Notes under the pieces: generated by a model
Database searches by the model: none
Seen by the model: the letters and a program-made list of their open reading frames with translations, nothing else
What the model was told of the DNA's origin: nothing
Assembly: GCA_049518415.1 (NCBI GenBank)
Contig: JBEKRX010000031.1
Coordinates: forward strand, 2,359-66,358
DNA from: Verrucomicrobiota bacterium
GTDB taxonomy: Bacteria; Verrucomicrobiota; Verrucomicrobiia; Limisphaerales; UBA8199
Length of the DNA: 64,000 bases
Reading direction: 5' to 3'
In this document: piece by piece, positions 54,484 through 63,094 of the stretch
Layout of the letters: each line of letters opens with the position of its first letter
Position numbering within the stretch: the first letter of the stretch is position 1
Position numbers and translations under genes: made by a program

Positions 54484-54525
54484 GATCTATCCCATTGCCG
54501 GACATCTTAGCTCACTTATCAGACA
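54484..54525 (-). promoter_or_regulatory. PEP-CTERM upstream element C4
   Basis: The sense strand reads tgtctgataagtgagctaagatgtccggcaatgggatagatc. 154 nt before ATG 54329. Confidence 0.5.
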
Positions 54526-54577
54526 TAGATGCATTGCCTGATTTAATATGAGAGTCGGCCGCGTGACTTCCACTTTA

Positions 54578-54603
54578 CGGACAGCACCGATCACATTTCA
54601 GAC
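54578..54603 (-). promoter_or_regulatory. PEP-CTERM upstream element, partial copy C5
   Basis: The sense strand reads gtctgaaatgtgatcggtgctgtccg (21/26 match to C2). It lacks the GATAGA part. Confidence 0.35.
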
Positions 54604-54818
54604 GACGCCTTGTCCTGGTAGATTCGTGAACCGGGTCAAGGCAGCCGCCCAAGTTCAGGTTGCCGGCCGCCACCAGGGCATTCTGGACGCTCTTCTGGAG
54701 CAGAGGGGCGCAGCGCATTGAGCACCGCCAACCCTGGCGCGTTGCCGCTCTTTTAAGCGTCGAGCGCCCTGAGCTGCGCCGAAAACTCGTGCCGGCCGGA
54801 GGGAGGACGAGGATGGAG

Positions 54819-54862
54819 TGTGGAGGAGGGGAAAAGGTCTGAACTTTGAACGTTGAACGGGA
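54819..54862. repeat. Direct repeat e1 (gtggaggaggggaaaaggtctgaactttgaacgttgaacggg)
   Basis: Pairs with 54960-55012. Ends in a 7-mer array. Confidence 0.75.
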
Positions 54863-54959
54863 GAGACCGGCTGGCGGGCGGGAGGGGTGTCCAATAAGGA
54901 GCCAGGGGATTGCCTAAAATGGGGCCACGGGGCGGGCGGAGGGGCGCGGCGGATCGGGG

Positions 54960-55012
54960 GTGGAGGATGGGAAAATGTCTGACCTTTGACCTCTGACCTC
55001 TGATCACTGAAC
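54960..55012. repeat. Direct repeat e2 (gtggaggatgggaaaatgtctgacctttgacctctgacctctgatcactgaac)
   Basis: Its tgacctc heptamer array is the reverse complement of the unit in 24368-24385. Confidence 0.75.
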
Positions 55013-55133
55013 TCCCAAGTGCTTCTGCGCCAATTGGTTAAGAGTTCCAGCGGCGGCGCGCGGGAATCGGCCGGCGGAGCTTCCCATGGAGGGCTTTTCC
55101 TGAACTGGCAAGGCACCTGCGTAAGGGGGCCTC

Positions 55134-56768
55134 ATGACGCAGGGTGCGGGATTGGCTCAGCGGCTGGCGCATGCGATTCGGATGGCTCTGCTTTGCAGCC
55201 TGACCGTCTGCCCGCGCCTGGCTTTTGGGGATGGCGGCGCCCAGGCCACCGCCGTTGTGCTTTGGGACCCCAGCACCGACCCTACCGTCACCGGCTACAA
55301 TGTGTATTACGGGGCGGCCAGCGGAAATTATACGAACGTCTTGTCCGCGGGCAACACGAGCGAGGCGACCGTTTCCAACCTGGTTCCCGGGGTGACCTAC
55401 TATTTCGCCGTCACGGCCTGCAACGTCCTGGGCATGGAGAGCGACTTTTCGAACGAGGCATCCTATTTAGTCCCGCCGCTGTTGGTGGTGACCGCCGACA
55501 ACCAGAGCCGGGTCTATGGAACCGCCAACGGAGTTCTGACCGGCTCGCTGACCGGCGTGCGGGACAGAGACGACATCACGGCCAGTTTCACGACCACGGC
55601 CGACGCCAGCAGCGGGGTAGGCACGTACCCGATTGTGCCGGTGCTCAATGACCCTGCCGGCAAGCTGACCAACTACACGGTCAGCGTGACCAACGGGGTG
55701 TTGACCGTGATCCCGGCGCCGTTGACTGTGCAGGCGAACAATCAAAGCCGTCTGTATGGGCAGGCCAATCCCGCCTTCACGGCGACCTGCACCGGTTTCG
55801 TCAACGGCGACACGCCGGCGAGCCTCTCTTCCCCGCCGGTGTTGACCACGCCCGCCACCGCGGCGGATTCGCCCGGCAATTATCCCATCCACGTGGGCGG
55901 CGCGGCGTCCCCGAATTATGCCCTCAACTTCGTGGACGGGACATTGACGATCCTGCCCGCCGCCTCGCAGGGTCTCTTGACGGCGTCAACCAACCCGGCG
56001 CTGCCCGGCCAGCCGGTGACCTTCACCCTGGCGCTCAGCGCCGTGGCGCCCGGAGCGGGCACGCCGAGCGGGACAATGCAGGTCAGAATTGACGGCGCGG
56101 CTGCCGGCGGGCCGGTGCCGCTAAGCGGTGGCGCAGCCAGTTACACCGCCTCGAGCCTCGCGCATGGCAGGCACACGGTGGCGGCCGAGTACGCCGGCGA
56201 CGCGAATTTCGGCGGTGTCACAAACGTGCTGTCGCCCGCGCAGGTGATCAATACTCCGCCCGTCGCTGGCCCCATTACTCTCGAACGGGGTCTTACCAAT
56301 GGCGTGAAAATCTCCATCGCGGATTTGCTCACCAATGATTCGGATGCCGATGGTGATCTAATTACCCTTGCCGGCGTGAACACCACCAGCGCCAACGGTG
56401 GCACCGTGGTGACCAATAGCGGTTGGATTTTCTATACGCCCGCTCCGGGCTTCACCAACACAGACACATTCACTTATACGATCAGCGACGGCTGGGGCGC
56501 GCCGGTCACCGGCGTGGTCACCGTGAATATGAGTGTTGATACTGGCCCTTCACGGAACCTGGCCATCAGCAACCTGGGGAATGGCTCGTTTGCGATTAGT
56601 GGCAGCGGCATTCCCGGCCGGACGTACATCATCCAGTACACAACTAACTCGCCACCCACTTTAAACTGGCAGACGCTGGGCACCACGACGGCGGATACCT
56701 TTGGCTCGTTCGTGCTGGTTGATGCGGGCGGATCTTCGCTGCGGTTCTACCGCGCGGTTTACCCCTGA
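55134..56768 (+). CDS. Secreted FN3 / MBG-domain / Ig-like / cadherin-like repeat protein
   Basis: FN3 (TGYNVYYGAASGNYTN...GVTYYFAVTACN). Two MBG-type units (ADNQSRVYGTANGVLTGS...YTVSVTNGVLTV; ANNQSRLYGQANPAFTAT...YALNFVDGTLTI). Ig-like repeat (HTVAAEYAGDANFGG). Cadherin-like segment (LLTNDSDADGDLITL). Confidence 0.8.
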   Translation: MTQGAGLAQRLAHAIRMALLCSLTVCPRLAFGDGGAQATAVVLWDPSTDPTVTGYNVYYGAASGNYTNVLSAGNTSEATVSNLVPGVTYYFAVTACNVLGMESDFSNEASYLVPPLLVVTADNQSRVYGTANGVLTGSLTGVRDRDDITASFTTTADASSGVGTYPIVPVLNDPAGKLTNYTVSVTNGVLTVIPAPLTVQANNQSRLYGQANPAFTATCTGFVNGDTPASLSSPPVLTTPATAADSPGNYPIHVGGAASPNYALNFVDGTLTILPAASQGLLTASTNPALPGQPVTFTLALSAVAPGAGTPSGTMQVRIDGAAAGGPVPLSGGAASYTASSLAHGRHTVAAEYAGDANFGGVTNVLSPAQVINTPPVAGPITLERGLTNGVKISIADLLTNDSDADGDLITLAGVNTTSANGGTVVTNSGWIFYTPAPGFTNTDTFTYTISDGWGAPVTGVVTVNMSVDTGPSRNLAISNLGNGSFAISGSGIPGRTYIIQYTTNSPPTLNWQTLGTTTADTFGSFVLVDAGGSSLRFYRAVYP

Positions 56769-57114
56769 GCAGCGTAAAGGCGGCGGGCTGGCTGCGACAT
56801 CCAGCCAGGTGGCCTGCCCGATGAACCGCGGCTCTCTGGGCATCCGGGAGCTGAACGTGCGGTTGCAGCCCGAACTGAACCCGGCCAAGCCGGCGAGCCC
56901 TCTCTGCTCGCTGCCGCTAATCCTGCCTGATGCCTGCCTATTTGGGCGCTCGTTGCACGCTATCTCAACAGGGGGCTGTTGGGCCAACGGGAACAGACCG
57001 GTTGGCCCCACTGGTTCTGCGGCTCGGAGCCGAGGTGGTCCGTGGGTTAACGGTGGGAGTGGCGGGCGACGACTGACGGAAGGGCAGGCAGGTTAAACAG
57101 GCTGCATAAGCTAC

Positions 57115-57168
57115 GTGAGGTGAATGGGTTGCATGGGTTGCGCGAGTTGAATGAGTTACGTGAGTTGG
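57115..57168. repeat. 9-nt tandem array x6 (gtgaggtga atgggttgc atgggttgc gcgagttga atgagttac gtgagttgg)
   Basis: Read directly from the sequence. Intergenic. Confidence 0.8.
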
Positions 57169-57458
57169 CGGGACACGGCCGGTTGCGGGAAGTTTTCTTT
57201 GGTTTTCAACCGTCAGGGGCGTACGCGGCAGGTTGTACATGGAATCATTGTCCGGCCGGACAGTACGGGACCATGAGACAACGAAGTCAGAAGACGGAAG
57301 ACAAAGGATCGAGGACAGGGGCCGGAACGAAGAGGACTCCTGGTTCCGCTCACCGCGTAGGGGGGGGGCACACTCGGTCGAGTGGTCCCATTGTCCCGTG
57401 GCCGCTGACCAAATCGCACTGGCCGTTTCCCTCGCCAGCCAGTAATCTCGGCCTGCTC

Positions 57459-58181
57459 ATGCCCTTTCCAGTGGCTCATCCGGCGGCGGTCTTGCCGTTG
57501 CGGCGTTATTGCCCGCGGTGCTTAAGCTTTCCCGCGCTTATCGCCGGCAGCCTCAGCCCCGATTTCGGCCACGTCTTTGGCCATCTGCACGTGGACTGGT
57601 TTTCGCATCGCTTTTGGGCCGGCAGCTTCGGGTTCTGCCTCCCGGCGGGGCTTTTGACCGTCGGGGTATTCTATCTCGTCCGCTCCCCACTGCTTGAGAT
57701 TCTGCCTGGCCGCTACAAGGACTTGTTCTGGCCGCTCTGCCGGCGGCCGGCCGGGCCTTGGCTGGCCCTCCCGGTCTCGGTGCTGATCGGCGCCTGGACG
57801 CATAACCTGCTGGATTCCATTTCCCACGAGTATGGTTGGCTGGTGGGCCATATACCGGCGCTTCGACAGCCGGTTTTCTGGCTTGGCGCGAGCGGGGTGC
57901 CGGTGTGCGATTTGCTTTACGCCGGATTTACTTTCTGTGGCGCCGCCTGGCTTGCGGATTGTTACCTGCGCTGGTTGGAGCAGGCTACCGGTTCGCCGGC
58001 GGTGGCCCGGCCGGCAACGAGGTGGAGTTGCGCGGTGCTGTTTGGCGCGGCGACACTAGCCCTTGCCACGGCTGGCCGCGGCGAGTATCGGCTTCTCGGC
58101 CTCATTCCCGTGGGGATCGTCACGGTCGTCGTTGTGCTGGGGTTCCTTGCGGCGACGGTCTGGCTCTTCAGTGCCAAGTAG
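57459..58181 (+). CDS. DUF4184-family membrane protein
   Basis: The internal ATG gives MPFPVAHPAAVLPL..., the characteristic N-terminus of this family, followed by several TM segments. ~240 aa, as is typical. Confidence 0.7.
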   Translation: MPFPVAHPAAVLPLRRYCPRCLSFPALIAGSLSPDFGHVFGHLHVDWFSHRFWAGSFGFCLPAGLLTVGVFYLVRSPLLEILPGRYKDLFWPLCRRPAGPWLALPVSVLIGAWTHNLLDSISHEYGWLVGHIPALRQPVFWLGASGVPVCDLLYAGFTFCGAAWLADCYLRWLEQATGSPAVARPATRWSCAVLFGAATLALATAGRGEYRLLGLIPVGIVTVVVVLGFLAATVWLFSAK

Positions 58182-58270
58182 CGCAGACTTCCAAGTCTGC
58201 CCTACGGACTCCCGGTTCAGGTTGCGTCACCGGACTCATGCCCTAGACGACTAAGCAGGGCTGGGAAGCG

Positions 58271-58879
58271 GTGCTGACCGAGCGCATCAGCCGGGAAATC
58301 GCCCACGTCCCGGCCTTCAACGAGTCCATCAGCACGCTCGATGGCAAGCCGCACGGGCACGTCCTCTACTCGTGGAACTCGGGCTACTGGTGGCTGCGTC
58401 ACGAGATCGGCAAACGTCTCGGCCAGGCTGGCCCCGATCCCGTGGAGGCCGCCATCGACGAGCGCCTCGGGGTGGTGCGGGCCGTAGGCATGCTGCGTTT
58501 GGAGCCCGAGGCGCCGGCAACGGTTGCTGACCAGCCGAACAAAGAGGTCGCCTTTCACCGAAACTGGGCGGCGGCTGAGCCACTGCCGTTCTTTTTTATC
58601 TATGGTGGCCGGCCGTCCGGCGAATGGATCGGCCGGCGGCAACGCACGGTCGAGGAGAAAGCCATTGATGCTACGAAGGTCCAGCGCATTATCACGCTGA
58701 ACGACCCTGACACGGGCCTGCAGGTCCGGGCGGTGCTGGCAATTTACACCGATACCCCCGGAGTGGCTTGGACCCTGTACTTCGCCAACCAGGGGACCAA
58801 CGACACCCCGCTGCTGGAACAGCTCCACGCCGCCGTCCGCGACGCCTGCCGACCAAGGTGTGTCCAAAACTGTGCCTAA
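58271..58879 (+). pseudogene. 5'-fragment of a larger secreted glycosidase-like gene (truncated)
   Basis: LPFFFIYGGRPSGEWIG...ITLNDPDTGLQVRAVLAIYTDTPGVAWTLYFANQGTNDTPLLEQL resembles the N-terminal beta-sandwich of ~700-aa planctomycete/verrucomicrobial proteins. That match is from memory and has not been searched. The ORF stops ~20 aa later. Confidence 0.35.
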
Positions 58880-58979
58880 CTGAGTACTGCCGGAGTACTT
58901 GGCAGACCAGGCCCTGAGTTTTTCTTGAGTACTATCGGGGAAAATGCTATCTAAACCCCGGAATTGAGCGCAAAAAAGC

Positions 58980-59024
58980 CCGATTCCGACCCCTATGTGA
59001 AATTTCACATAAGGGTTGGAATCG
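58980..59024. repeat. Palindromic element copy 2 (44-nt near-perfect palindrome centred on GTGAAATTTCAC)
   Basis: cgattccgacccctatgtgaaa / tttcacataagggttggaatcg, 20/22 complementary. ~190 nt upstream of ATG 59212. Confidence 0.8.
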
Positions 59025-59211
59025 CTCTTTGAGACCCACTATTCAGTGGGTAAAATGGGCTCTTGTTCCTCGGGATCAAGCCTAATCGATTCTAATCCGC
59101 TTTAATCCCTCTTAATCATTTGGGTGCACGTTCTTGCGATGAAAATGCTGGCTCGCCAGAACAGCCCGGTGCAATTAACATCAAAATCAAAACACAAATG
59201 AAACGCCCGCT

Positions 59212-60552
59212 ATGAGAACGAACGCTCGGTCTGCCAACGCACACCTCATCACCACTCGACGCGACTTCCTCAAGACGACCGGCGCGGCTGCAGCCGCGCT
59301 CGCCGCGCCGATGTTGATCCCTGCTTCCGCCCTGGGCCGCGACGGCGCTGTCTCCCCGAGCGAACGGATCGCCATGGGCTTCATCGGGCTAGGCGGGCAG
59401 GGGACCGGGCATCTGCTGGGCGGCGCGTGGACTTATGTGCCGGGCGGCTACGTAGCGCGCAACGATGTGCAGGTGCTCGCGGTCTGCGACGTGCGCCGGG
59501 AGCGCCGCGAAAGCGCGCGGCAACGCTGCAATCAGATGTACGCCCAGAAGTTCGGCCAGGCCGACTACGACGGCGTGCAAGCTTTCAATGATTTTCGCGA
59601 GGTCCTGGCCCGAGCCGATATTGATGCCGTGCTGATCGCCGTGCCGTATCACTGGGCAGCGCCCCTGGCCATCATGGCCATGCGTGCAGGCAAGGACGTT
59701 TACTGCGAGAAACCCGTCGCCATTACCGCTCGCGAGGGGCGCAGTCTGGTGGACACCAGCAAACGCTTTGGCCGCATCTACCAGGCAGGCATGCAGCAGC
59801 GCTCTGAATACGGCGGCAAGTTCCGCCTCGCCTGCGAACTGGTTCGCAACGGACGCATCGGCCAGCTCAAGGAAGTCTATGCCTATCGCTTGCCCGGGGC
59901 GCTGTTCCCGTCGGCCTGGACCTCCGACAGTTCTGTGCCCGTGCCCGCGGGATTCGACTGGGACCTTTGGTTGGGGCCGTTGCCCTGGCGGCCCTACGGC
60001 GGGGAGGCCGGCCACACGCTCACCGGCCTCTTCGTGGGGGACGTCAACTGGAGCCCGCACCACTACGACATCATCCAGTGGACCGTCAACCCCGAGGTCA
60101 CCGCCCCCATCGAAGCGCGTTATGACAACGGGCAGGTCCACTACCGCTACGCCAATGGTGTGGTGGTCCACTCGCAGGAGTACCCCGGCGAGCCCGTCGG
60201 CAGTGATGGCGGCGCCTGTTTCGTCGGCACCGAAGGCCGCCTTGCCGTGGACCGGGCCAACATCGTCTCCTACCCGGCAAGCATCCTCAAAGAGCCCCTG
60301 CGGCCCGAGGACAACCGGGTCTATCACGCCAGCAGCCATTCCGGCAATTTCCTCGACTGCGTCCGGACGCGCCGGCCGACCATCTGCCATCCGGAAACGG
60401 CGGTCTATACCATGAATGCAATTCTCGTGGGCGGCATCGCGCTCGCCCTGCAACGCACAGTCAAGTGGGACCCGGTGAAGGCCGAGTTCCCCGGCGACGA
60501 AGAGGCCAATCGTCTCCTCTCCTACGCCGCCCGGCCGCCGTGGCGAGTCTAA
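59212..60552 (+). CDS. Gfo/Idh/MocA-family oxidoreductase with Tat signal
   Basis: TRRDFLKTTGAAAAALAAP (twin-arginine signal), GFIGLGGQG Rossmann motif, EKP motif (VYCEKPVA). Confidence 0.9.
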   Translation: MRTNARSANAHLITTRRDFLKTTGAAAAALAAPMLIPASALGRDGAVSPSERIAMGFIGLGGQGTGHLLGGAWTYVPGGYVARNDVQVLAVCDVRRERRESARQRCNQMYAQKFGQADYDGVQAFNDFREVLARADIDAVLIAVPYHWAAPLAIMAMRAGKDVYCEKPVAITAREGRSLVDTSKRFGRIYQAGMQQRSEYGGKFRLACELVRNGRIGQLKEVYAYRLPGALFPSAWTSDSSVPVPAGFDWDLWLGPLPWRPYGGEAGHTLTGLFVGDVNWSPHHYDIIQWTVNPEVTAPIEARYDNGQVHYRYANGVVVHSQEYPGEPVGSDGGACFVGTEGRLAVDRANIVSYPASILKEPLRPEDNRVYHASSHSGNFLDCVRTRRPTICHPETAVYTMNAILVGGIALALQRTVKWDPVKAEFPGDEEANRLLSYAARPPWRV

Positions 60553-60595
60553 CGGACCCGAAAACCCCATCTTCCCAGAGCCCCAAAAGAATCCG

Positions 60596-62995
60596 ATGAA
60601 AACGAGTCTCGTGAATCGAATCCTGCTTGTTTGGCTGCTTGCGTTCGCCGCGACCGGCCTCCGCGCCGCAGAGGAACAGGACCTGATTGCCACACTCCAA
60701 TCCGCGGCCGGCGCACCGCAAAAATGGGCTGCGTGCCAGAGGCTGAGGATCATTGGGACACCCAAGGCCGTGCCGGCCCTGGCTGCCCTGCTCACCGATG
60801 AGCGCATGTCTCAGGCGGCGCGCCATACGTTGGAAGCGCTGCCCTGTCCTGAGGCCGGCGGGGCACTCCGCGAGGCGCTCGCCAAGACCTCCGGCCTGCT
60901 GAAGGCCGGCGTCATCGACTCGCTTGGCTGGCGCGGCGAACCAGCCTCTATTCCACTGCTCGCTCCTCTCTTGTCTGATTCCGACACCACCATTGCTGCG
61001 GCTGCCGCAGCCGCGCTGGGCCGAATCGGCGGCCGGGATGCCGTCGCGGCGCTCTCGGCCGCGCGCGACCAGGCGCCGTCGGCCGTGCAGCCCGCCGTGC
61101 AGGAAAGCCTCCTGAAATGTGCCGAGCGTCTCGTGGCGAGCAACGACCACGCGGGCGCGGCGGCGATCTGCCGCGGTTTGTGCGACGCGAAATATCCGGT
61201 GCAAATCCGCACCGCGGCCTGGCGGGGCCTGGCATGGTCGGATTCCGAGCATCGAGCGGAGCTCATGGTGAAGGCGCTCGCCGGCAGGGATCGCCCGATC
61301 CAGGCCGTCGCGCTCAAGCTGCTGCGTGAGTTGAACGATCGGCAGGTGATCCAGGCCTGTCTGAGCCGATGGGCGTCGCTCCCGGCGGATTCGCAACTGG
61401 CCGTGCTCGAGGCCCAGGTGAAGCTTGGCGCCGAGGCGCTGCCGACGGCGCGGACCGCCAGCCAAAGCCCGGACGTTGCCCTTCGCGCGGCGGCGTGGCA
61501 GGCGCTGGGTGAATTGAACGACGCGACGTCCGTTCCCGCGCTGGCCAAGGCCGCCGCTCATGGCGAACCTGCCGAGCGTGAGGCCGCCCGCGAAAGCCTC
61601 GCGCGCCTGCGCGGCCCCGGCGCTCGCGAAGCTCTGCTCGCCTGGATCGAGAGCGCAGCCACGCCGGAGAGAGCCGAGTTGCTCCGCGCCCTGGGCGAAC
61701 GCGGCGACCGCGCCGCAGTGAGCGTGCTCCTGCAAAATGCCGCCGCTGAAACCCAACCGGTGCGCCTGGCTGCGCTGGAGTCCTTGAGCAGACTCGCCCC
61801 GCCTGAGGCCATCGCGCCGCTGCTCGAGATCGTGGCCAGGTCGAAGTCCGACGACCAGCGTGATCCGGTGCTCAAAGCGCTTTACGCCGTTTGCGATGCC
61901 AGCCCAAACAAAGACGAGGCCGCCCGCGGCATCCTCGAAGCGATGGGGCGTTTCCCGGCGGCGGAGCGCCGTCAGATCCTGCCGCTCCTGGCCGAGCTTG
62001 GCACAGCCGACGCCCTCACCGCCGCGCAAGCCGCCAGCCGCGACCAGGACCCGGAACTGGCGAAAGAGGCCGTGCGCGTGCTGGCGCAATGGCCTAATGC
62101 CGCGCCCGCGTCGCACCTGCTCGGGCTCGCCCGCGCCAGCACCGAACCCACGCTCCGGACGCTGGCGCTGCGCGGCGCCATCGAAGTCGCCGGTCAAGAG
62201 CCAGACCCCACGAAGCGCTTCGCGCTCCTTGAGCAAGCTTTGGCGGCCGCCCAGCGGATCGAGGAGAAGAAGCAGGCGCTTGGTCAGCTCGGCCAGGTCC
62301 CCATGCCCGAAGCCCTCGAGCTTGCCCTCAAGGACCTCCGGGACCCTGACCTCAGCAATGAGGCGTGTCTGGCCGCCGTGACCATCGCCGAGAAATTGGC
62401 GCCCTCCAATCCGAAGCTCGTTGATGAAGCTGCCGCCCAGGTGCTCGGACAGGTCAAGGAAGGCGACCTGTTCCGGCGGGCCTGGGCGCTGCGGCTCAAG
62501 CCCGGCAGCGGCGCCTCGTTCATTCACGACTGGCTGGTCTGCGGTCCCTATCGCCAGCCGGGCGTTATAGGGGCAGTGGCAGTTTTCAATATCCCATTCG
62601 GGCCCGAGCAGCCCGGCCAAGACGTCCAATGGAAGACGGCGCCGTCCGCTGACCACGTGGCGCTGGCGGCGCTCTTTCCTGGCCAGGAAAACTGCGCGGC
62701 CTATCTCCGGACGCGCATCATTGCGCCACAAGACTGCCGCGGCGTGCTCCTGATGGGCAGCGACGACGGCGTCAAGGCCTGGCTGAACGGGGAGGTAGTC
62801 CACAGCAACAACGTGGACCGCGGCGAAGTGGCGGACCAGGATGCCGCGCCCATCAAGCTGAAAAAGGGCGCGAACGAGCTCCTGCTCAAAATCACTCAGG
62901 GCGGGGGCGGTTGGTCGGCCTGCGCCCGAATCGTCGGCACGGACGGCAAACCGATTCCCGGCCTGCGGGTCGAACGCCCAACGGGCGGCGCTTAG
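60596..62995 (+). CDS. Secreted HEAT-repeat protein with a C-terminal beta-sandwich domain
   Basis: Signal peptide MKTSLVNRILLVWLLAFAATGLRA. Many HEAT_PBS-like repeats (AVPALAALLTDERMSQAARHTLEAL...). C-terminus WLVCGPY...GSDDGVKAWLNGEVV...NELLLKITQGGGGW. Confidence 0.75.
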   Translation: MKTSLVNRILLVWLLAFAATGLRAAEEQDLIATLQSAAGAPQKWAACQRLRIIGTPKAVPALAALLTDERMSQAARHTLEALPCPEAGGALREALAKTSGLLKAGVIDSLGWRGEPASIPLLAPLLSDSDTTIAAAAAAALGRIGGRDAVAALSAARDQAPSAVQPAVQESLLKCAERLVASNDHAGAAAICRGLCDAKYPVQIRTAAWRGLAWSDSEHRAELMVKALAGRDRPIQAVALKLLRELNDRQVIQACLSRWASLPADSQLAVLEAQVKLGAEALPTARTASQSPDVALRAAAWQALGELNDATSVPALAKAAAHGEPAEREAARESLARLRGPGAREALLAWIESAATPERAELLRALGERGDRAAVSVLLQNAAAETQPVRLAALESLSRLAPPEAIAPLLEIVARSKSDDQRDPVLKALYAVCDASPNKDEAARGILEAMGRFPAAERRQILPLLAELGTADALTAAQAASRDQDPELAKEAVRVLAQWPNAAPASHLLGLARASTEPTLRTLALRGAIEVAGQEPDPTKRFALLEQALAAAQRIEEKKQALGQLGQVPMPEALELALKDLRDPDLSNEACLAAVTIAEKLAPSNPKLVDEAAAQVLGQVKEGDLFRRAWALRLKPGSGASFIHDWLVCGPYRQPGVIGAVAVFNIPFGPEQPGQDVQWKTAPSADHVALAALFPGQENCAAYLRTRIIAPQDCRGVLLMGSDDGVKAWLNGEVVHSNNVDRGEVADQDAAPIKLKKGANELLLKITQGGGGWSACARIVGTDGKPIPGLRVERPTGGA

Positions 62996-63094
62996 GCCGT
63001 CTCCTCCCCCGCGTCTCGAATTCCGACCTGTCGTCCAGCCGGCCTACCGCCGCGAGGCCAGGCTGCCGCGGCACTACGAAAGCGAAGCCTTTAA

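Noticed and set aside
57249-57262. Perfect palindrome TGTCCGGCCGGACA, sharing the TGTCCGG half of the PEP-CTERM upstream element
   Set aside because: By rough base-composition arithmetic, the 7-mer is expected about ten or more times by chance on both strands of a window of this size and GC. The surrounding sequence shows no similarity to the element.
58217-59008. 263-aa minus-strand ORF
   Set aside because: It overlaps the plus-strand gene fragment and runs into the palindromic repeat. No motif was found. It is probably spurious.
59389-60807. 472-aa minus-strand ORF
   Set aside because: It is antisense to the Gfo/Idh/MocA oxidoreductase, which has a clear Tat signal and Rossmann motif.
60461-62803. 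780-aa minus-strand ORF
   Set aside because: It is antisense to the HEAT-repeat gene. The translation is extremely Arg/Gly/Ala-rich with no motifs, whereas the plus-strand product has a signal peptide and regular HEAT repeats.
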